A stretch of DNA of 64,000 nucleotides from an uncultured Phycisphaerales bacterium (lineage in GTDB: Bacteria > Planctomycetota > Phycisphaerae > Sedimentisphaerales > Anaerobacaceae), in the NCBI GenBank assembly GCA_963772725.1, contig CAVYYI010000003.1, positions 384,001 to 448,000 of the forward strand. The letters run 5' to 3'. The stretch's first letter is position 1. Each line of letters starts with the position of its first letter. The position numbers and the translations under genes were made by a program. Below, one piece after another: positions 50,976 to 61,415 of the stretch. Under the pieces are notes generated by a model that searched no databases, had not been told where the DNA came from, and saw only the letters and a list, made by a program, of their open reading frames with translations.

Positions 50976-51699
50976 TATGGATTTTCCGACACCGCTTTTA
51001 TGGCATCGGCAAGATTGAGAGTTCCTTCATAAAGTGCGCGGCCGATAATCGCTGCTTCTATTCTGCCCAGCTTTTTGAGTTTTTTAATATCGTTTATTTT
51101 TGTAACGCCTCCAGAAGCAACAACAGGAATCTTTACCGCATCGGCCAGAGCTTTTGTCCGGTCGAAATTAGGCCCAGCCATCATTCCGTCTTTGGTTATG
51201 TCGGTATAAACAATCGCCGCCAGGGGCAATTTTGAGGCTTTTAACGCGAAATCGAGGAGTTCTTCAGGATTATCCTCAGTCCAGCCGTGCGTGGCAACTT
51301 TTGAGCCGCGAGCATCGAGACCAAGTGCAAGTTTTCCGCTGAATCGCTCCGCCATAGAGGCGAACCACTCAAAATCGCTGACCGCTTTTGTGCCGATTAT
51401 TACGCGTTCAATGCCTATGTCGAGTAATTGTTTAATGGAATCTTCGTCTCTGATGCCGCCACCCACTTCAATTTTTAAACTGCCCAGGCCCGCTATGGCG
51501 GCTATGGACTTGGTATTTACAGGCTTACCTGCCTTTGCGCCATCCAAATCGACAATGTGCAGCCATTTGCGCCGGCGGCGGCAAACTCACGAGCCTGCTC
51601 ACTTGGAACGTCCCTGTAAGTTATTTGGCGGTTGTATTGACCCTGAATAAGTCGGACACACTTTCCATCTATCAGGTCAATCGCCGGTATAATATACAT
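50975..51699 (-). CDS. hisA: ProFAR isomerase HisA (frameshift near 51570)
   Basis: IIPAIDLIDGKCVRL.QG, LHIVDLDGA, EVGGGIR, YTDITKDGMM.GPN, ASGG, IIGRALYEG. Confidence 0.95.
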
Positions 51700-51705
51700 C
51701 TTTGA

Positions 51706-51733
51706 TAGTTTTTAGTTTTAAGTTTTTAGTTTT
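51706..51733. repeat. Heptamer tandem array (4 copies)
   Basis: TAGTTTT TAGTTTT AAGTTTT TAGTTTT. Confidence 0.75.
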
Positions 51734-51734
51734 T

Positions 51735-52022
51735 TTATTCGTGCCGATAAACTTCCCAGCCCATATAATTTTCAAGAGCTTCGACAACAGCGTCGGCCTT
51801 TTGCGAGATGTTTACCGCAATGTGATGCTCAAAACCCATATTGCATATATACTGCAAAAGACCCTGAAGGTTCTGGACTTTCATCACGCCGTAACCACCA
51901 AATGTGTCGAGTTTATCGTTCGTGAATGCGCCTTGGCCTGCGTAACAGCCTATAACGCCAGCGGCGGCGTCTGGGAAAAACTCTCTGTTTCCAACGATTA
52001 CACCGAATGTTAGTTTCTTCAT
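51735..52022 (-). pseudogene. L-fucose/L-arabinose isomerase-family gene with a large in-frame internal deletion
   Basis: N-terminal TFGVIVGNREFFPD is joined directly to C-terminal G.FTND.L.TFGGYGV...GFEHH.A...EALENYMGW. Confidence 0.7.
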
Positions 52023-52188
52023 TTTATTTTCTTTAGCTTTTGAATTATCCTAACCGGTTTTATCCATTTTTCTTAAAACCGGCCCAAAATGAACCGGATT
52101 TTCCGCGATTTAAGCTAACAGAATTTATATAAGAAAACATAATCTAACAAAGCCAAAAGCCATTTTCAAGAAAATTCAGGAAAAAATA

Positions 52189-53724
52189 GTAATGGGTCAG
52201 TTATGGGTGGGCAGGTGCAGGTTATGATGAGTCGGCACGGAGGAGAACTTTGGAAAGGTCTATATCAGGCTGTTCGGCAAGTTTGTTGAGTGCAGACTTG
52301 AAGGCATCAACAACATCCGGACATCTTTTTCGCATAGTATGTAATACCGTCATAAGAATCTCACGCGTTTTTGCCCCATCTTCAGATTGAGAGCCGAAAC
52401 TTATCTTTCTGGCAATAACAAGCGGACGCAGTTCCCGTTCAGCCAAATTGTTATCTGCCGGTACCTTACGGTCATCGGCCCAGTGGTAAAGCCTATCGGC
52501 CTTTTCACGAAAAATATCCTGCATATTCTGGATGGCCGGATGGTTGGCATGGTGATTAACAATATCGATGATGGCTCTCTTAATTTTAGCTGCCTGCCGC
52601 TTAAACTGTCGGTCTGTTATATCTAATGTGCGAAGGCTGATTGCATTAGCCAACTGGGAGACCAACGCTTCAACGAAAGACCTGATTTCCACGTTTTCGG
52701 GAAAATCTTTTTCCAAATCCTTAACATTACGCAATAGATGTGCATAACAATATTGAATCTTACAAGGCATCCTATTGTAGCCGTTATAGCGATCCACAAC
52801 CAGAACACCCGGCAAGGGCTTTTCGCCAAAAACCTCTTTGGCTACACGGGCAGAACGGCTGGAGCGGAATCGAAAGATACTAATATCAGGCGTGCAAAAC
52901 AGCCACGAGAAACCGTTCTGGCCGTCTGTCCGCCAACCAGTCTCATCAGCGTGCTTAACAGCGGCCTTGCGATAGTCTTCTATGAGTGATTTGGGAACAT
53001 CTTTCAATATCCCTGCCAACTGGTGCAAAGCGTCAACTATACTGCTGTAGCCGATGCCTGTTTGTTTTTCTATCTGACCCAGTGTATTGCCATAGATATA
53101 GTGCTGTACTGCCACATAGACAAGCAGATTATTCGAATATAAACACTTTGGCAGAACACCAGGAGGTTTGGCGGCAACTACCTTTTGGCATCGCGGACAA
53201 TACTTGCGTTCCAAATTATACAGAAGCTTTTTTATCTTAACAGGCTGGCAATCAATTACCGCTCGTTGTCTTGTGCCTTTGTTCTCCAAAACGCTTCCGC
53301 AATCAGGGCATATATCGGCTGCCTCAACCCTTTGCACATAGTCCGCATCTTTTTCACAGACACCGGTTCTGCCGTGACCTTTATGACCTGTTTTGCCTCC
53401 GCCGCAATTATTTGTGTGTTCTATCTGACAATTCGGCTTAATGGGAATTTTAGCGGATGGCGTGGATGAGCCGAAAAAACCTTCTTGGGCTGTCCTTTCC
53501 TTGTGTCGTAATTTTGCCTTGAGTGAAACTATCTGTTCCTGAAGCTCATCGATTTTACGTTGTTTTTCAAGGCATTGCTGACAGTAAATCATCTGCGTTT
53601 ATTCCCGATTTGTTTGTCTTATCTCATCAAACTGTGGATTTTATCGGAAATCCTACGCCATAAACTTGAGCACCTTAATACTTACAGCAAAATCAATATC
53701 TCCCACCCATAACTGACCCATTAC
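52189..53724 (-). mobile_element. IS66-family insertion sequence, single-ORF ISBst12 type, 1536 bp
   Basis: 23-bp perfect TIR GTAATGGGTCAGTTATGGGTGGG (52189-52211 and 53702-53724); 8-bp TSD AAAAAATA (52181-52188 and 53725-53732). Confidence 0.95.
52222..53592 (-). CDS. IS66-family DDE transposase (TnpC-like)
   Basis: Coiled N-terminus, CPDC...CPRC zinc finger, HADETGW, VDRYNGY, QYCYAHLLR, DNNLAERELR. Confidence 0.95.
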   Translation of the reverse strand: MIYCQQCLEKQRKIDELQEQIVSLKAKLRHKERTAQEGFFGSSTPSAKIPIKPNCQIEHTNNCGGGKTGHKGHGRTGVCEKDADYVQRVEAADICPDCGSVLENKGTRQRAVIDCQPVKIKKLLYNLERKYCPRCQKVVAAKPPGVLPKCLYSNNLLVYVAVQHYIYGNTLGQIEKQTGIGYSSIVDALHQLAGILKDVPKSLIEDYRKAAVKHADETGWRTDGQNGFSWLFCTPDISIFRFRSSRSARVAKEVFGEKPLPGVLVVDRYNGYNRMPCKIQYCYAHLLRNVKDLEKDFPENVEIRSFVEALVSQLANAISLRTLDITDRQFKRQAAKIKRAIIDIVNHHANHPAIQNMQDIFREKADRLYHWADDRKVPADNNLAERELRPLVIARKISFGSQSEDGAKTREILMTVLHTMRKRCPDVVDAFKSALNKLAEQPDIDLSKVLLRADSS

Positions 53725-53814
53725 AAAAAATATGGGATAGGAAGGGAACATCGTATCCCAGGTGCAGGATATTAAAGGCTTGACACATAGAGTAAAATTA
53801 GTTAAAAAAGCGGA

Positions 53815-54519
53815 ATGATGGAACAAGAGACCTTGCAACGTATTGAGCAAATAACAGGTTATAAGTTCTCCGATGCCGATTTGCTGCAGAAGGCATTAAC
53901 GCATTCTTCAGCGGTGGAACAGCGGGTTTTAAGCAATGAAAGACTCGAATTTTTCGGCGATGCCGTCCTCGGTGTGGTTATCTGTCAAATCCTTTTCGAG
54001 CAATTCCCAAACTATTTAGAGGGCAGTCTTACAAAAATAAAAAGTGCGATTGTCTCACGTCGGATTTGTTCAAAAGTTGCCAAACAGCTTGGCCTGGTAC
54101 AGTTTTTGAAAGTCGGCAAGGGTATGATGTTGAGCCGTTCATTGACTGGTTCACTTGCCGCCGGAGTGGTTGAAGCTGTCATCGGCGCTATTTATATTGA
54201 CGGCGGGTTTGATGCCGCTAGAAAATTTGTTTTGAAGGCGTTTGGCGAATTTGTCCGCCAGGCTGATGCACAGCAGTCCCAGGGCAATTTCAAATCCGTC
54301 CTGCAGCAATATGCCCATCAGCATTTTAATACTACCCCGGTTTACCGGCTGCTCGATGAAAAAGGCCCTGACCACAGCAAATGCTTTGAAATACAGGCGG
54401 TTATTGCTTCGCGTCATTTTACCAGTGCATGGGGTGTAACCAAAAAAGAGGCAGAACAAAAAGCTGCCTTTAATGCCCTGGCTGAACTCGGTGCGGTTGA
54501 AGGCACAATGTCAGACTAA
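53815..54519 (+). CDS. rnc: Ribonuclease III
   Basis: ALTHSS, NERLEFFGDAVLG, EAVIGAIYIDGG, dsRBD with GPDH and KKEAEQKAA. Confidence 0.96.
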   Translation: MMEQETLQRIEQITGYKFSDADLLQKALTHSSAVEQRVLSNERLEFFGDAVLGVVICQILFEQFPNYLEGSLTKIKSAIVSRRICSKVAKQLGLVQFLKVGKGMMLSRSLTGSLAAGVVEAVIGAIYIDGGFDAARKFVLKAFGEFVRQADAQQSQGNFKSVLQQYAHQHFNTTPVYRLLDEKGPDHSKCFEIQAVIASRHFTSAWGVTKKEAEQKAAFNALAELGAVEGTMSD

Positions 54520-54548
54520 GAGGGTTGAAGCAAAGCAGGTCTGTTAGA

Positions 54549-54800
54549 TTATGTGTTAATCAGCCAAGCCGCCGCAAGTAAAATAACAGCGGCAATCGCC
54601 ATAAAACCGATTATGGAGCCGAATAATATTATAACTTCTCTAAAAAAGCCGATTAGAGTTATTTCCTGCACTTTCGTCGCTTTATAGGCGATTACTATCG
54701 CCGCCGTCAGCGGCAGAAGCCACAACATCGCCTGAGGGTTCGTGCTGATATCCTGTGGAATGGTAAAAGTCGCAATCAAAGATATAATTCCAGCCGTCAT
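54549..54800 (-). CDS. Small conserved membrane protein
   Basis: LWLLPL...I.IAYKATK motif and a second TM; start at MTAGI follows the upstream stop. Confidence 0.7.
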   Translation of the reverse strand: MTAGIISLIATFTIPQDISTNPQAMLWLLPLTAAIVIAYKATKVQEITLIGFFREVIILFGSIIGFMAIAAVILLAAAWLINT

Positions 54801-54802
54801 TT

Positions 54803-55189
54803 TTAGTTTCCTGCTTCCATACTTCGGACATGTGCCATTTGCACAGAATTTACAATGCACAAAAGGTTCAGCAGACCGGCGATAACAGTATAAATCTGGC
54901 CGATTTCGTTGGGTTTTCCATACACATCATACTGCCCGCCGACCGTATAATGCCCCAAAATCGCCACTATCGGCGTGGTGCACATCTGTCCCAGGTAAGG
55001 CCACGTATTGACCGGGTCAACAACGCCGATTGAGCCGATATATAAACCCAGGCAAAATGTCAGAACGATAGAAAAAAGTATAATTGTCGCCCGCTTGTTT
55101 TCTTTTAACAGGAAATATCCCCCGCCTGGTAATATCCATCCGGCGGCGGCGACGAAAAACATCTGCGAAATTTGGTCCTGTTTTTTCAT
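54803..55189 (-). CDS. DUF6677-like membrane protein
   Basis: AGWILPGGGYF...R and EIGQIYTVIAGLLNLLCI. Confidence 0.75.
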   Translation of the reverse strand: MKKQDQISQMFFVAAAGWILPGGGYFLLKENKRATIILFSIVLTFCLGLYIGSIGVVDPVNTWPYLGQMCTTPIVAILGHYTVGGQYDVYGKPNEIGQIYTVIAGLLNLLCIVNSVQMAHVRSMEAGN

Positions 55190-55206
55190 TAGCTGCGTAA
55201 GAAACC

Positions 55207-57483
55207 TTAGTCGCCAAAATCCATAGGTATCTCTTCGGGCATCGGTATTTGAATCTTATTGGCATCCTCAGTCGCTTTGTAATTTGTGCGATAAAGAATA
55301 TCCTGTGGGTTAAAATACACAGCGGCCAGACTCTGGGACTTTTTAATATCCTGCTTGAAGGCCTCGATACCCTTGATACTGCCAAATTCGTTTTCGTTGA
55401 GACGGCGAACCGTCAGCTTTTGGATGGCTAAATACGCCATATCCGGTTTAAATTCCATAACTATCGGTAAAGATTTCGGACTGTTAGCATCCGCGGGGAT
55501 AAGAGAATAAATTTTATCCGTGAGCTGACGTTCCTTTTTGGAATCATCCATAATCAGGCGAAATTCCGCCCGCCCAAAGTTCTGCATCGCAAGAGCCTCT
55601 AAGTCGGCATCACATGTCCTGCGCAATCGTTTGAATTCCTGTATTTGAAAATCATTCGCCTCAGCGGGATTTTGTTTGCTTTTTTGACCGTACTGCTCTT
55701 CAAATTTTTTAGATGCCGCCTTCCACCCCTCTTTCGATGCCAGTGAAATAAATTCATTCGCCTTGTTTTTTGCCGTTTCCATCGCCGCGAGTTTCTTCAA
55801 ATCCTCGACAACAAGCCCCTTAACGGAATAAGTCTCTTTAGCCGCGTCATTTGAATCCGCTTTGCCCAGATTAATCGAGGTTTTGCTGAAAGTCAGGTCT
55901 ATATTTGCCGGAACCTCGGCTTTTTGTGCCTGCACAACACGAACAACCGCGGCACTGTGACCGCTTAAATCAAAAGACATTCTGCCGCGTATATCCTTGA
56001 GCGGACCGATATTTTCATACATTCGAGGCTGCGGTACATCGAAAACTCCGAGATGACTTAGTTTTAATTCTTCTATCGAGAAGACTATTTCCGTAAGGCT
56101 CACAGGATTATATCCTATACCCAAAGCGTACAGCTTGCCAAGATACTTGTCCTGCGCATATCAGCAGGACTGAGAAGTCCGGTTTCGCCTGCATAAACTT
56201 TAATCTTGTATTTGCCGCTCAATTCTTCGGCGGCGGCTTTATAATCACCTGCCAGCTTTTTGTATTCCTCTGCGCTGAGTTTTGTTATGTCCTGATTCAG
56301 CTTTTCAAGCCCAGCTTCAGTGAGCTTTTTTGCATCCAGCATTATTCTATCGGCTTTTGCGTTTACACCGTTTTGGAAAAGCTGCATTGAAATCAGATTG
56401 GCGACCTCGGCATAAGACTTAATACGCCGCTCAGGCTGCCTTGTTCGGGTCGTTAATATCCGCCAGCACCTCCTCGGCAATGGGAGGCCGCTCTTTGTTC
56501 TTTTGATAAAAATCCCTGCACTCCTCTTCTGTCGGCGCTGGTACTATGGTCTTAATATCCTCAAGCCTGACCGCAATATATTCGAGCTTGACTGCTTCAG
56601 AAAGCTTATACCCGAAACCATAAGGATTTTCCTGAGTTGGATTGCCGGCGAACTGACTTTTGTATTTTTCAAATTGCTCCGCCAGTTTCCCCGCTGAGGG
56701 TTCAGCCTGACTTTTGCTGAACAGTTCCACCTCGATTTTAACAAAATTGACGTCCATTGTTTCGCTGTTGAGACTTGCCGCGAGCCTAAGCTGCTGATTG
56801 GTTACATCTTCAGAAGAACACCTCATTGAGCTATACTGCAACACCGCCATAAGTTTACCGAACATCGACAGAAATTTGTCCTCTGAAACACTGTGACGGT
56901 TTATTATCGACCCCACCAGCTTGGAGTATGTCGCCCCGGTGGACATTTGAGGTATAAGTCTTCTAAGCTGTTCGGCGACGTTTTCATTTGATACGTATAT
57001 CCCTGCCTCTTCCGCCTCTTTTTTAAGGAGAATCCAGCATATTACCCGGTCCGCTGATTTACTGTAAATTTCACTTAACTGCTTGCCGCTTATGCTGTAA
57101 TTGTTTCTTCTTATCAGGTCTTCAACCCGGCTAATCATCACAGGGGAAACCTGCGGGTTGGCAAACAGCAGTTCGCCCATAAAAAAGCCCTTAAGGTCTG
57201 GCACATTAAAGCCCGGCGCAGGGATGCTTCGTAATATATCGCCAGCACCAAAGCCAAAGCCCCCAAAACCTTGCAGAATTTCCAGTTCCTGCCTGGCCGC
57301 TCGCAAATCATCGACCGTTATTTTTTTATTGCCATGATAGGTGGCTATGACTTTGCCTCGCCCCATCCTCGCGTAGCCAAGCTGGCGAATATACGCATCG
57401 CCGACAAAGCCTATCATTAAAATAACGACTACAACCGCCATTATTCGCTTGTTATTCTTACGGAACCATTTCATTAAATTCAT
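55207..57483 (-). CDS. SurA/PpiD-like periplasmic chaperone-domain protein (two frameshifts, near 56435 and 56135)
   Basis: MKWFRKNNK.IMA + TM anchor, LLKKEAEEAGIYVS, V.LEYI, PTEEE...FY..NK; three overlapping same-strand ORFs. Confidence 0.72.
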
Positions 57484-57635
57484 ATTTTACGCTCCAAACT
57501 TCACCATTTATATTGTTATAAAACTTTGAAGTATAAGCAATTTCCGCACCTTTGCAAGAAAAATAGCATTTTGTCAGCACTCGCAGCACTCGCTTCCGAA
57601 TAGCCAAGTTTGGCGAGGAAAATAACCGAAACGGT

Positions 57636-58497
57636 TTATCTACGGGGGGAAAATTTATAGCTCAGGAGTTTATAGAGGAGTTTAGCGGCGAGGAAGTCGG
57701 AGGATTTGTCGATTTTGTTCGGGCAAAGCTCAACAATATCAAAGCCGACGATATTCTTTTTCGCGGCGACGGTTTTGAGTAAAGCCAGCACCTCGTACCA
57801 TAATAATCCACCCGGCTCCGGTGTGCCTGTTGAGGGCATTATTGAGGGGTCGAAGACATCCAAATCAATTGTGATGTAAACATTTTTAGTTAATTTCGAG
57901 ATTACCTTTTTAATCCAGCCGCTTTTGCCGTGAATATCCTCGGCGAAAAATACCCGCTGCCTGTTCGAGAAACGGTTTCTCGCTCGAGTCCATACTTCTT
58001 ATTCCAACCTGGACAATCGGGGCGATTTCTCTGGCGCGGGCCATAACGCAGGCATGATTACATTTTGAACCGTGATATTCCTCCCGTGTGTCAGAATGGG
58101 CATCAAGCTGAAGTATTGTTATATCTTTGTGGTTTTCGACATGAGCCGCAATGCTGCCAATACTTACCGAATGTTCACCGCCAAGCAAAACGACAAATTT
58201 GCCTTTGCCGATATAACCGCTGACCCTCTGCTTGACAGCCTGAGACATCGCCTCTGGTGAGGAGTTCTGCTTTACCGGCTTATCGGTGAATATGCCGATT
58301 TTATAAACTTCAGAATCGGTCTCGATATCGTAAAGTTCCATATTGCCGGAGGCTTGTATAAGGGCATCCGGGCCTTTGTCGGCGCCCTTGAGCCAGGTGC
58401 TTGTTCCATCATAAGGTACCGGCACGATGACCGTCTTTGACGAACCGACAGCGGAGTATTGTTTTGGCAAATCCCCAAAATTTATAAAATGCTTCAT
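57636..58497 (-). CDS. speB: Agmatinase (frameshift near 57960)
   Basis: PYDGTST, GGEHS, LDAHSD, VGIRS, IDLDVFDPS.MP.TGTPEPGG, DIVEL. Confidence 0.93.
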
Positions 58498-58499
58498 AA

Positions 58500-59048
58500 C
58501 TAATCAAACAGGAACATCGCGATAGCCACGGTTGTCGTCCACATTCCTTTTTTGCCGCAGGCGGTTTGTGTCATATTTGAGGTCCTGATTATCAGGCCGC
58601 TGGATTTATAGACCTGTTCCTTTTCTGACCAGTCCTTGTTCGGGTCAACTTCAAGACCCAAAGTCGTGCCGAGCATATCAGCCGCTAAGTCTTCCGAGAG
58701 GTCGCCCGCTTCCTGCTGGTTCATACCGTAATTATGCACTTCGCTGAGGTAGCCCCAATTGTTCCTGTCCTTGGGCACGGCGATTCCTATGGAAGAAGCT
58801 ATCATCCTGCCCGGTTCATTGGTTTCCGCCCTGGCCATAACGCAAAAACATATTGAGCCCGGAAGAAGCTGCTTCATACCGTTTTCACGGCTTATCATCT
58901 TGCAGTTAGGAGGCAAAATGGAAGAAACCTGCACAAGATTCTGCTGAGCCACCCCTGCTTTTCGCAATGCTTCCTCGAATGATTTGAGTTGGTATTTATG
59001 CCGCCCGACGCCTTTGGTCAAAAAAATCCTTGTGGGAACAAGATTCAT
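58500..59048 (-). CDS. pdaD: Pyruvoyl-dependent arginine decarboxylase
   Basis: VP.RIFLTKGVG.H, SFEEALR.AG, NLVQVSSILPP (Ser-Ser self-cleavage site), GYLSE, WTT; RBS AAGGAG before ATG 59048. Confidence 0.9.
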   Translation of the reverse strand: MNLVPTRIFLTKGVGRHKYQLKSFEEALRKAGVAQQNLVQVSSILPPNCKMISRENGMKQLLPGSICFCVMARAETNEPGRMIASSIGIAVPKDRNNWGYLSEVHNYGMNQQEAGDLSEDLAADMLGTTLGLEVDPNKDWSEKEQVYKSSGLIIRTSNMTQTACGKKGMWTTTVAIAMFLFD

Positions 59049-59404
59049 TATTAGCTCTCCTTGTATTCCACTTTTAATTTTATAAGTTTTTTTACTCATT
59101 ATTACGTGTACCCAGGCTTCGGCTTCGGATAAATATGGCGCCGGTCTCTTTTCCTGTTAAACCTTTCATATAATCCAAAAAGATTACAAATAGGTGATTA
59201 TGCAATATTCTTATGTTATTTAGCAATAGAAATTTTAGAAAATTATCCGCAAAACTCAATTTTTTTTCATCGAGATAAAAACTGACCGAAACCATAAATT
59301 TTTCTCTTACATATTATCGGCGTTATTTATTAACTTGACTAACAAAAGTTTTCATGTACATTGTGTAACCGAACAGTATTTTATAATTTTATACTGCAAA
59401 ATTT

Positions 59405-60349
59405 ATGGCAACAGGTTCATCGGTAAATAAAGGTGTTTTCACCGCCGCTGTATGCGGCAACAGGCAGATTGGCACAAGGTTCTTTAAGCTCACGCTGCGG
59501 TTTGCCGGCAGAGGCGCAAAAGCCTTCGCAAAGACCTGCCCAGGCCAGTTCGCAGAGATTGACCTGTCAAATACCGCGATGCCGGCGGAGGAAAAAATAC
59601 CCGAAAAGTTCGCCGATTCCGCAAAACGAAAAATCCTTCTGCGAAGACCTTTCAGCTTCTCCGATACCGTTATAAAAAATAACAGCACGCTTGTTGAAAT
59701 CCTTTATTGCGTGGCAGGACCGGCGAGTATGCGAATGACAATGCTCGCTCCGAGTGATTCGGTCAGCGTGATTGGGCCATTAGGGAACGGCTTTTCCATG
59801 CCGAAAAATAAAAAGACCGCCCTGTTAGTTATCGGCGGAATGGGAGCAGGCCCCCTGCTGCACCTGGCCAAGTTCCTTCGGCAGAAACATCCTCGAATCG
59901 AAATAGCAGCCTTTGTCGGCGTTAAAACCGCAAAGGAACTGCCCTTTAAAGCACCGGCTAAATCTCAAATCAAGCCTGAACCATCGCTTTGCCTGGCGGA
60001 ATTGACAAAGTACAAAATAAAATCTCTGCTTACTACCGACGATGGCTCACTGGGCGGTAAGGGGTTTGTTACCCATAGCCTGGCGGACTGGCTTAACAGA
60101 AAAAAACCTCTTGAAAAGGACACCATCATTTATAGTTGCGGCCCAGAAAAGATGCTTGCGGCAGTGGCGGCGATAGCACAGAAACACAATATAGACTGCC
60201 AGCTCAGTATGGAACGAATGATGGCCTGCGGCATCGGATTGTGCCAGAGCTGCGCTGTGGAATGTAAAGCTGACGACAAAGGCGAAACTATTTATAAGCT
60301 CTGCTGCAAAGACGGCCCAGTTTTTGACAGTAAACAAGTTATCTTTTAA
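59405..60349 (+). CDS. pyrK: Dihydroorotate dehydrogenase B electron transfer subunit
   Basis: PGQF, LRRPFS, GPLGNGF, GGMG, CGP, MACGIGLCQSC, CKDGPVF. Confidence 0.93.
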   Translation: MATGSSVNKGVFTAAVCGNRQIGTRFFKLTLRFAGRGAKAFAKTCPGQFAEIDLSNTAMPAEEKIPEKFADSAKRKILLRRPFSFSDTVIKNNSTLVEILYCVAGPASMRMTMLAPSDSVSVIGPLGNGFSMPKNKKTALLVIGGMGAGPLLHLAKFLRQKHPRIEIAAFVGVKTAKELPFKAPAKSQIKPEPSLCLAELTKYKIKSLLTTDDGSLGGKGFVTHSLADWLNRKKPLEKDTIIYSCGPEKMLAAVAAIAQKHNIDCQLSMERMMACGIGLCQSCAVECKADDKGETIYKLCCKDGPVFDSKQVIF

Positions 60350-60351
60350 CT

Positions 60352-61290
60352 ATGAAACAAACCGTTGATATATCAGTTGATTTTGCGGGAATAAAGCTGG
60401 CCAATCCAGTCTTCACCGCATCCGGCACATGCGGCTATGCCGATGAATTGGCGGATTTTACAGATGTAAATAAACTCGGCGGGTTTATCACCAAAAGCAT
60501 TACTGTTAAACCCAGAAAAGGCAATCCCACCCCGAGAATAGTCGAAACGGATTCAGGAATGCTCAATGCTATCGGCCTGGCGAATATCGGGCTGGAAAGA
60601 TTCATAAAAGAAAAGCTGCCAATCCTCGAAAAACTCTCCCCCGCCGTCTTTGTCAACGTAGCAGGGCAGACTATCGAGGAATATGTCGCCGTTACAGAGC
60701 GTCTCGCACAGGAAAAAGCCATCACCGGCTTTGAGCTTAATATCAGTTGCCCGAACGTCAAACAGGGAGGCATAACTTTCGGCACTGATCCTATCCAGGT
60801 TGCGCAGGTAACAAAGGCCGTCAAAGCCGCCTGCGGCAAAAAAATCCTCATGGTCAAACTCTCGCCGAACGTTACCGATATAAGCGTAACCGCTCGCGCC
60901 GCCGTCGATGCCGGCGCCGACGCCCTTAGCCTGATAAATACCTTTACCGCGATGGTGATTAATATTGAAACCGCAAAACCGGCACTTGCCAACCGAACAG
61001 GCGGCCTTTCCGGCCCGGCGATTAAACCTATCGCCGTCTATATGGTCAGCAAAGTTTATAACGAGGTGACAAAAAATACCGGAATTCCCATTCTCGGCCT
61101 GGGCGGCATCCGCAACGCATCCGACGCGATTGAATTTATCATCGCCGGAGCCTCAGCCGTCGCCGTAGGAACTGCGAATTTCATGGAGCCAAACACCACT
61201 GCCAAAATCGTTGACGGCATAAAAAAATATTGCCTGCGAAAAAACATAACCAGCCTAAAACACCTTACCGGCTCTTTAATCACAACCTAA
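60352..61290 (+). CDS. pyrD: Dihydroorotate dehydrogenase (family 1B)
   Basis: NPVFTASGT, GNPTPR, NAIGLAN, ELNISCPN, KLSPN, INT, GGLSGPAIKP. Confidence 0.96.
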   Translation: MKQTVDISVDFAGIKLANPVFTASGTCGYADELADFTDVNKLGGFITKSITVKPRKGNPTPRIVETDSGMLNAIGLANIGLERFIKEKLPILEKLSPAVFVNVAGQTIEEYVAVTERLAQEKAITGFELNISCPNVKQGGITFGTDPIQVAQVTKAVKAACGKKILMVKLSPNVTDISVTARAAVDAGADALSLINTFTAMVINIETAKPALANRTGGLSGPAIKPIAVYMVSKVYNEVTKNTGIPILGLGGIRNASDAIEFIIAGASAVAVGTANFMEPNTTAKIVDGIKKYCLRKNITSLKHLTGSLITT

Positions 61291-61415
61291 ACCAGATAAG
61301 GACAGAGAGAAATTACACCACAGGCAGCATGATTTGCTTTGACTATAAGCCAATTTGATAATACTATATTAGGCTGTATTATTATTTAAGTTGCAGTTTG
61401 AGGAGCTCACTGAAA

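Noticed and set aside
11724..51733. CRISPR array
   Set aside because: Repeat units are 7-10 nt and contiguous with no unique spacers; no cas genes are present
59105..59150. ZTP riboswitch upstream of pdaD
   Set aside because: GACCGGCG and GCCGAAGCCTGGG resemble the ZTP ends, but the P1/P2 stems are missing and the gene context does not fit
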